DNA of 63,001 bases, counting the filler, from Octopus bimaculoides (taxonomy: Eukaryota), in assembly GCF_001194135.2 (NCBI RefSeq). It is 4 parts of 4 records of this genome, joined end to end, with 100 filler letters (N's around TTAATTAATTAA, not from the genome) between each part and the next. Parts side by side here need not be neighbours in the genome. Positions count along the whole stretch, not along the records: positions 34,143 to 60,643 come from NC_068994.1; positions 60,744 to 63,001 come from NC_068996.1; 2 more parts are not named here. One strand, written 5' to 3'. The position numbers and the translations under genes are program-made. Numbering within the stretch: position 1 is the stretch's first letter; every line of letters begins with the position of its first letter. Below the pieces are notes generated by a model that was not told where the DNA came from, did not search any database, and saw nothing but the letters and a program-made list of their open reading frames with translations. Below are positions 54,872 through 63,001 of the stretch, piece after piece.

Positions 54872-54922
54872 AAGCAGCTGAATGACAAGATAGAAACGAA
54901 GGAAATGATTCGAAAAAGATAA
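54872..54922 (+). CDS. Candidate terminal exon
   Basis: atgtgttacag|KQLNDKIETKEMIRKR*; two CpGs retained. Confidence 0.25.
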   Translation, partial: KQLNDKIETKEMIRKR

Positions 54923-55135
54923 TTTAAACCCTGCCATTGGCATTACTGCTTCCTTCAGTTAGCCTGGCTCTGTAAAGTAGTTATTATCATCATTCTTAAA
55001 TCATAGAATGGTATCTACCTTTCAGAACTGTGTGCTAGCAATTCATTAAATATTTTAATTTCTAGAACTATCCTGCCTGTTTATGGTTAGCGGAGAAAAG
55101 CTATTCATATTTTTTAAAACTGTTGCTAAATAATC

Positions 55136-55450
55136 ATCTGACTGGCTCCAGTGCCGGTGGCACGTAAAAAGCACCGTTTGAGTGTGGTCAATGCCAATGC
55201 CACCTGACTGGACCCCATGCCGATGGCATGTGAAAAGCACCATTCAACATGGTCAATGCCAGTGCCGCTTGACTGGCACGCAAAAACACCCACTACACTC
55301 TCAGAGTGGTTGGCATTAGGAAGGGCATCCAGCTGTTGAAACCTTGCCAGATCAGACTGAAGCCTGGTGAAGCCTCCTTGCTTTGCCAGTCCTCAGTCAG
55401 ACCAGCCCATGCCAGCATAGGAAGCGGACGTTAAATGATGATGATGTTGA
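55136..55450 (+). mobile_element. SINE-like family C with (GAT)n tail (reverse copies at ~34985, 43270, 48990, 51820, 56940, 58700-58990, 59745, 59960)
   Basis: Shared ggcattaggaagggcatccagctg...agcccatgccagcat...gttaaatgatgatg 3' end. Confidence 0.75.
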
Positions 55451-55591
55451 TGATATATATATATATATATATAAATATACACATTAGTGTTTATTTTTAT
55501 ATTATAATTTTTTAAAAATTATATTAAATTGGAGGATAACTCATTACATTTGGTAGAGTACAAATTTATTATTCTTGAACAAAAACCATAT

Positions 55592-55680
55592 TGACAGTGA
55601 CTTTGAAATTTCAGTTAGCTAAGCCATCATCGGACAGTCCAATGATGGCTTTGTTGGCCGAAACTTCAATGTCACTGTCA
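55592..55680. repeat. 89-bp near-perfect inverted repeat; arms have hammerhead-like topology
   Basis: Left arm tgacagtgactttgaaatttcagttagctaagccatcatcggac vs reverse-complemented right arm tgacagtgacattgaagtttcggccaacaaagccatcattggac; 1-nt loop. Confidence 0.9.
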
Positions 55681-56174
55681 GTACTATATACTTGTTAAAG
55701 AATTATAGGTATCTATCTATCTAGCTAGCAAGCTGTCTGTTTTCTAAAGTCTGGCTGGTGCTTATTCTTTTGATCTCCTTTGCCAAACTGCTAAGTTATA
55801 GGGTATGTAAAGAAACCAATACCAGTTGTCAAGTGGTGGTAGGGAACAAGCACAAACACACGTGCACACACATGCAACACGCACACACGCATATATACAG
55901 CCGGCATCATTACCGTTCCCATCTACCAAATTCACTCACAAGCGCAAGGTTATATTTGAAGACACTTACCTAAGGTGCCACGCTGTCGCGCTGAACTTGA
56001 AACCATGTGGTTGCAAAGCAAACATCTTAACTACACAGCCATACCTGCACCTATCTAAATAAATTTATCTGAATTAAGCATCCAGATGATATAAAGTGAA
56101 GAAGGAAACTTAAAACTGTGAAATTACTTCAGTGTATGAAATGTTGGTGATTATATTTTTATTTTCAACATTAA

Positions 56175-56890
56175 AACTGTACCTTCGGTGCCTGTGTTAT
56201 TCTTGATAGAGAAACATCCAACTGTTTATGTGTAGATAAGTCTGTTAGAAAGAACAGACCTATTTCATTTAAAGGACTAATCCTGAGATTTATTGACTGT
56301 CATTGTGAAAGCCATTTGAACTGGAAGCTGCAATCACCTACAGGCAGATGACAGAGTAGTGTCAGAAGGTTTCAGTTTAATTCAAAGTACAATGACATGC
56401 TTCCCATTTTGTAACAATGTGGCCTTCACTCGTGCATAGCATGTAAATAGATTGTTCAAATCTTCATTCAAATTATTGCAGCATCCATAAGTATTATTTA
56501 GATTTTAAAGTTGCATTATAGCACATCCCTTTTTCAAGGTCAAAATATGGTTGGGTTAGGGCACTCCATCAAAGTTAAAGCTATTTAGGATCTCTTTTGG
56601 ACATTTGTACTGATTGTCTTCTTCATCATTACAGGGATCGATGCTTTTATAAGGGACTGTTTTTTTTTTCCTTCACCAAATATGTTAATTTCCTTATTTA
56701 TACAATCAATAACAGCATTGATGGGGGTTAGTTTTGCTCAATTTGTGACATTTGCAGGATCAAATTGACTGCCAAAGACTTGATTTGTTACTTTGCAGCC
56801 ATCCAACACTACCTTAATGTCATTTGGAAGCTTAAACCTTGCTATCGGAGTCCATTTCTTTCTTCTTACTGACAAAGAGCTGAAAATCAG
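56175..56890 (-). mobile_element. Decayed Helitron PIF1-like helicase fragment
   Basis: AKLTPINAVIDCINKEI...SIDPCNDEEDNQYKCPKEILNSFNFDGVP*PNHILTLKKGCAIMQL*NLN...LQLPVQMAFTMTVNKSQD*SFK*IGLFFLTDLSTHKQLDVSLSRIT, collinear with Helitron motifs LTP.N / P.EFLNS...P.H.L.LK.G / QFP..LAFAMTINKSQ / HGQLYVALSR. Confidence 0.88.
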
Positions 56891-57749
56891 CCCTGTCACA
56901 GTTCTCTCAATTCTGTTGTCATGTATCCATCACGACTATGATGATGATCATCATCATCATTCTTTAACATCCATTTTCCATACTGGCATAGATTAGACAG
57001 TTTGGTAGGACCTGGCAAGCCAGTGGACTGTGCCAACCACTTTACAGAGTGTACTTGGTGCTTTTTATGTGGCACCAGCACCGTCATATTTAATCTGACC
57101 TCCCTCTTCCGAAAGGAAAAACTGTTCATTACCATGGTAATAATTCTTTCTTATTTTGGTACAAGGCCAGCAATTTTTAGAGGCAGTTTGATTTGGTTCC
57201 ATGCAACTTAAAGCTCCACAGGCTTTTTACAGAAAGCTAGATTCTTCAGGCTCAGATTAGTGAATGGAGAAATACAAGTAGTCCAAGATAGGAAAATGAG
57301 CTGCTATTGGTCAAGGCAGGTCACATGCCTTTTTCTGTTGTTTGTCCACTCACTCATGTGTGTGTGTGTGTGTGTGTTTTGTTAACATCAATACTGCAAA
57401 CAGAATCCTCATTAAAATAAATCTGGATGTGGAAGTTTGAATGAGCTGTAGAACCTTTCCAGATTTGGTTTCCTTTAAGAAAGAAACATGCTCATCAATT
57501 CCTGGAAAAGTCATTCACAGAACTTATGACTCCCAAAGAGATTTTTTGTAGGGTGTCCCTTTGCAATGTCACTTTGCACTTAATCCTCAAGTTTTCTTAT
57601 TATTCACACCCATGAGCATCATGTCTTAACCGTTCTCTCTTCTTAAAAACAAAACAACAAAGTGCAATGATTCACAACCCTGAGTCAGTTAATTCTTGAG
57701 AGCTTTGATCCTGTTTGTTACTGGCACTCTGTCACTCACAATGACAAGG

Positions 57750-58045
57750 GTTCCAGTCGATCTAATCAACTGAACAGCCTGCTTATAAAATTAATGTGCA
57801 AGTGGCTGAGGACTCCACAAACATGCATGCCCTTAGCATAGTTCTCAGGGAGATTCAGTGTGACACTGAATGTGACAAAACTGGCCCCCTTTGAATTACA
57901 GGCACAACTCATTTTTGCCTGCTGAGTGGATTGGAGCAATGTGAAGTAAAGCATCTTGCTCAAGGACTCAATGTGCCACCAGGATTCGAACTTTTGACCT
58001 TACAATCATGATCCAAGTACCCTAGCCACTAAGCTATATGTCTTG
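57750..58045 (-). mobile_element. tRNA/CORE-like SINE (family D), CpG-decayed
   Basis: Reverse complement gives a tRNA-like head (gttcgaatcctgg) and ccttgagcaagatgctttacttcacattgctccaatccactcagc; plus-strand relative at 50160-50295. Confidence 0.7.
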
Positions 58046-60643
58046 GTCGTGTTTACAAATAACAATATCACATCATTTGCTACTTTTTTCTTCTGTGTCT
58101 TATGGAAGGCCTGTTATTTCAGAAACAGTGTGAGCATTTTACTTTCTCAGAGAATATGAACCAAGGACCAAATTGAAATGTGGCAGGTTACAGTTGCTGA
58201 ATCAGGGATATGCGATAATATAAACGGTCAAGTAATCACCATACTCATATAAAAGTCTCTGTAGATATATCAGGGTCTGTTTGTTCAACTGTGACATAAC
58301 GCACATTTGATATCCTGTTCAAACATTTTGCATCATAGATGCAAATTTAAACAATGGACACTGTTTGTGTGATCAGAGGCAGGCAATAGTCAGGTTGATG
58401 GAAGGTGAAACACATCCCATTGAACTTTTGTGTTTATACACTGTTGCTGTTTGAAGCCAGGTTCCAATCATGGCTTTCCTACCTTGTGGAGATATTTAAT
58501 GATGTGTTGTAACAGCATCCAAAATTAGGTTTTCATTATATTTTCCTCTTTATGCCTATAGCTTCAGCACACCTTTGAAGAGTTAATTCACTAATAACAT
58601 AGCATAATTGCCCATGAGCTGTACCGATGATGTATATGCACAGTGAAATGCACATCTACAGATGATGGCAAAGAAAGACAGAAACCTTTAAATCATCATC
58701 ATCATCATCATCATCATCGTTTAACATCCGTTTTCCATGCTGGCATGGGTTGGAGAGTTTGACTACGGTCTGGAGAGCCAGTGGCTGCACCGGGCTCCAA
58801 TCTGATCTGGCAATGTTTCTACAGCTGGATGCCCTTCCTAACGCCAACCACTCCGAGAGTGTAGTGGGTGCTTTTTACATGCTACCAGCACAGGAGCCAG
58901 TCAGGGGGTACTGGCATCAACCACATTCGGATGGTGCTTTTTACATGCCACCAGCACAGGGGTTAGTCAGGGGGTACTGGCATCAACCATGTTTTTTATT
59001 TCTAGTCACCCATGAAAATATGTCTGGCCTCTGCCTCAACAAATTCTATCTGACTTATGCAGGCAGTTACTACTTTCTTATAATTTTAAAAATAAATCAC
59101 TACTTTGATATATTGCTTTTCATTGAATAGTTACAGTAGAAAAAAAAAAAAAAAACCAACCCCCACAATAAATAGTAAAGTGTTTAATTAAACACTTGTT
59201 AATTCTTACATTGGTTTCAAATTTTGACACAAGGCCAGCAATTTCAGGGGGAATAGACAAGTCAATTACATCAATGCCAGCGTTCAACTGGCACTTCTTT
59301 TATCAACCCCAAAAGGATGGAAGGCAAAGTCAACCTTGGTGAAATTTGAACCCAGAACGTAAAGACAGACTGGAGTGCCGATGATCCTGCCTCACTAAGT
59401 ACTTTTGTTTGGCACAGTAATGATTCCACCCCAGTTCACTGCCTTATGTTAATTCTTATGTTAGTTACATTCAGCATTTGCTATTAGATTTCATGCAACT
59501 ATTCAAAGTCCACTAATAATTATTACAGAAATGTTTTCCTCTTTATGAGAAAATGGCTGGTAGATTTGGCCATTGTAGCAGAAGGGTAAATTCACACACT
59601 AAATAATACCTTTCTAGTCTTTTGTTTTCAATTTTCTCAGTCAAAGTTGAAATCTCTACAAAAGTTTATGGAGTTAGCAACAATATTTTTATCTTGATTG
59701 CTTTTACTTGCTTGTCAGAGTGCAACAGAGTTGTCAGACTATCATCATCATCATCATCTTTTGACATTCACTTTTCTATGTTTGTGTGGATCTGATGTAA
59801 TTTATGAGGCAGATTTTTTTATATCTGTTGCCAACCCTTCACCTGTTTCCTAGCAAGGTAATATTTCCCCTGGAAACCAGCATCTTTTATACAATGTCAA
59901 GACAAGGGTACACATACATACACACATACTCATACACACACACACGTGTGTATATCATCATCATCATCATCATCTAATGTCCTTCCACTGGCATGGGCTG
60001 GATGTTTGACAGGAGCTAACAAGTCCCTCTTGGTTCTGAGTTCAAACCCTGAGCAGGTCCACTTTGTCTTTCATACTCAAAGATCAACGAAATAAAAAAA
60101 GTACCAGTCATATACTGATGACTGATCCAATCAACTCCTACTCTCACCCTTCCCTAAACAAATTGGCCTTGTGCATATAAGTAAGAAGAAAAGACAACAA
60201 AACAAAAAAAGAAAAAAATCAATATTTCTTTATATGAAAACTTCCCCAATATGATATTTCAATTTTTGATTGTCCCATGACTATAGATCTCTTCTTTTTC
60301 TTCTTCTTTCTTTTCACATTCAATAGACTTAATATTGTACACTTATTTTGTTCTTTTCTTTCCATTTTCTATAGACTTTTACATATTTCGTTTATTTTAA
60401 CGTTTTTCTTTTATAACTTGTCGATTGCCTTCCTTTATATGCAATCTTTTCTTACTTTGTAAGCTCTCGCATTTCATTTCATTTCGCTTTTTTCTTTCTT
60501 TTCTTCTTTTTTTTTTGACTTGTTTATATTCTCTTTTCAATTTGTCTTTATCTACAACAATAAGTTTTACATATATATGTGTTTGTTTGTGTGCAATTTA
60601 ATATATATATCCATATATACATACATATATATATATATATATA

Positions 60644-60743
60644 NNNNNNNNNNNNNNNNNNNNNNNNNNNNNNNNNNNNNNNNNNNNTTAATTAATTAAN
60701 NNNNNNNNNNNNNNNNNNNNNNNNNNNNNNNNNNNNNNNNNNN
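60644..60743. other. Artificial scaffold-join spacer
   Basis: N44-TTAATTAATTAA-N44. Confidence 0.95.
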
Positions 60744-60791
<48 letters not shown>

Positions 60792-61802
60792 TGTGTTTGT
60801 GTTTGCTCCCCCAACATCACTTGACAATCGATGCTGATGTGTTTACGCCCACGTGACATACCAGTTCGGCAAAAAATAGACCGGTAGAATAAGTACTAGG
60901 CTTACAAAGAATAAGTCCAGGGGTCGATTTGCTCGACTAAAGGCGGTGCTCCAGCATGGCCGCAGTCAAATGACTGAAACAAGTAAAAAGAGAGTAAAGA
61001 GAGTAAAAATATATAAATGAATAAAGACTTACAAAATATAGCCTTTCACCCCTTAAAAAGAATTTATTATTGAGCCAGACTAATAAAAATAAGGAACTAT
61101 AGGACAAAAATATAGGACAAAGATATGCAGCATTCCCTTGGTGAGATAATGGATGTAAATATGTTAAGAGGCTTGTGTAAATAGAAATAGTATTTAACAT
61201 AAATAAATAAATAAGAATTAAGAAGGAAGTAAATATATGCTAATAAAAGTAATAAGGGCTTAAATAGGGGTCGGTTCAACAAGTTTAATTAAAACTTATC
61301 AATAGAATTATTTCAATATATTACCCTCAAAACCGGAAGTAGGTACTTAATATAGAGGTGAAGAGCTAAAGAACAGCTAGGAACAATCTAAATTAGGGAC
61401 ATACAAAAATGAAACTGGGTGAAGGTAAATATATATTTTACGGGGAAATAGAAAATAGCTTTAAAGTGTGGTTCTTATAGTACAATTTAATATTGAAGCA
61501 AATAAAAATTATTTTTAGCATAAATACGTTAATGGTTAGATATACGCGTTCTTGCAAAGAGATAAAAAAAAACGTAAAGAAATTATTGTCCATGACGTAG
61601 AAAGAGAGAGAGAGGGATGATACAGAAAACTCATTTGAAAATTACGTATGTTAGATCATGTTATAACGTCATTTTTGAATTAACATATAAACTTTATTTT
61701 TTCTAGATAGATATATGTATATATATTTATATGTATGGGATTGTGTATGTATGAGTGATTGAGTATATATATATATGCATATATATATACATACATATCT
61801 AT

Positions 61803-61834
<32 letters not shown>

Positions 61835-63001
61835 NNNNNNNNNNNNNNNNNNNNNNNNNNNNNNNNNNNNNNNNNNNNNNNNNNNNNNNNNNNNNNNNNN
61901 NNNNNNNNNNNNNNNNNNNNNNNNNNNNNNNNNNNNNNNNNNNNNNNNNNNNNNNNNNNNNNNNNNNNNNNNNNNNNNNNNNNNNNNNNNNNNNNNNNNN
62001 NNNNNNNNNNNNNNNNNNNNNNNNNNNNNNNNNNNNNNNNNNNNNNNNNNNNNNNNNNNNNNNNNNNNNNNNNNNNNNNNNNNNNNNNNNNNNNNNNNNN
62101 NNNNNNNNNNNNNNNNNNNNNNNNNNNNNNNNNNNNNNNNNNNNNNNNNNNNNNNNNNNNNNNNNNNNNNNNNNNNNNNNNNNNNNNNNNNNNNNNNNNN
62201 NNNNNNNNNNNNNNNNNNNNNNNNNNNNNNNNNNNNNNNNNNNNNNNNNNNNNNNNNNNNNNNNNNNNNNNNNTTTACGGTCTCTACGCTAACGTAGTAA
62301 TCAATAAATCTGTCTAATTTTTTTCGGTATATTTAACTTTATCACTTAGCTAATTAATTTTATTCTTTTGTACCTTGTTACCTATAATTTGAATGTATTC
62401 AAATGTAGATATTTTATTCTCTATAACCTAGCAGGCTTGATTAACCATATAAGGTTTTTTACTTATAAATACTAAATTAATATAAGGCTTTTTTAGATTA
62501 TGAGTTGTTTATTGAGTATATTATATATAAGCATTACTTATTAGGTATACTTCTATTTGACCAGGAAGTTGTATTAAAAATGTATTGTTTTAATATATAA
62601 CTGTTTTTTTTTCTTCGGTCTGAATTTTGTATTTACGTTTATAACTCCAACGGTCCTTTTCGAAAAGTACAGCGTTCCGTATTGGTTCATTACCGAACTT
62701 CATAGTCTAGCATCATAAATTTGAATCATTTGCTTGATATGTTCATGGTTACAACACCGTTGTGATGTACGGTTGTATAACATCTCATGTCTTTTCAACT
62801 TGTTTTTTTGCATGTTTTCATAGGTCAACTATGAATGTTGTATATGAATGTTATCTATTTTTATTGTCTGCCTCCTACTAATAAGGCCCTGGGGAGATGC
62901 AGTATCCCATATTTTATAATATGCATGAATCAATCTGGATATTGCATCGAAATGATCATAGGTCATTATCATTATTATAATAAAGTATTTTCAATGGATC
63001 A

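Noticed and set aside
62274-63001. Possible decayed LINE/PLE coding sequence on the minus strand
   Set aside because: All frames are heavily interrupted and no diagnostic motif was found.

Overview
AT-rich, microsatellite- and SINE-dense animal DNA. The repeat families point to a coleoid cephalopod, most likely Octopus (inference). The window is four scaffolds (1-16181, 16282-34042, 34143-60643, 60744-63001) joined by identical artificial 100-bp spacers (N44-TTAATTAATTAA-N44), with many other N gaps. Almost all ORFs in the supplied track are artefacts of microsatellites or N runs. Supported content: (i) two Dong/R4-clade non-LTR retrotransposon pieces, both abutting (TAA)n, one with a 242-codon open N-terminal ORF running off the window start; (ii) a mariner deletion derivative with both TIRs, a decayed Helitron helicase, a HINE-like element, hAT and piggyBac-like MITEs, RTE LINE 3' ends and several tRNA-derived SINE families; (iii) an intact-looking minimal type-I hammerhead ribozyme (minus strand, 7164-7253), several relics, and an 89-bp inverted repeat whose arms have hammerhead topology; (iv) a probable terminal exon (27123-27298) encoding KRR-flanked peptides that end in CC-x3-C-x5-C-P, best read as a shortened insulin/relaxin-superfamily A chain, with the B-chain exon not found; (v) a CpG-depleted third scaffold, suggesting a methylated gene body, with unidentified candidate exons on both strands. 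No gene can be named with confidence.
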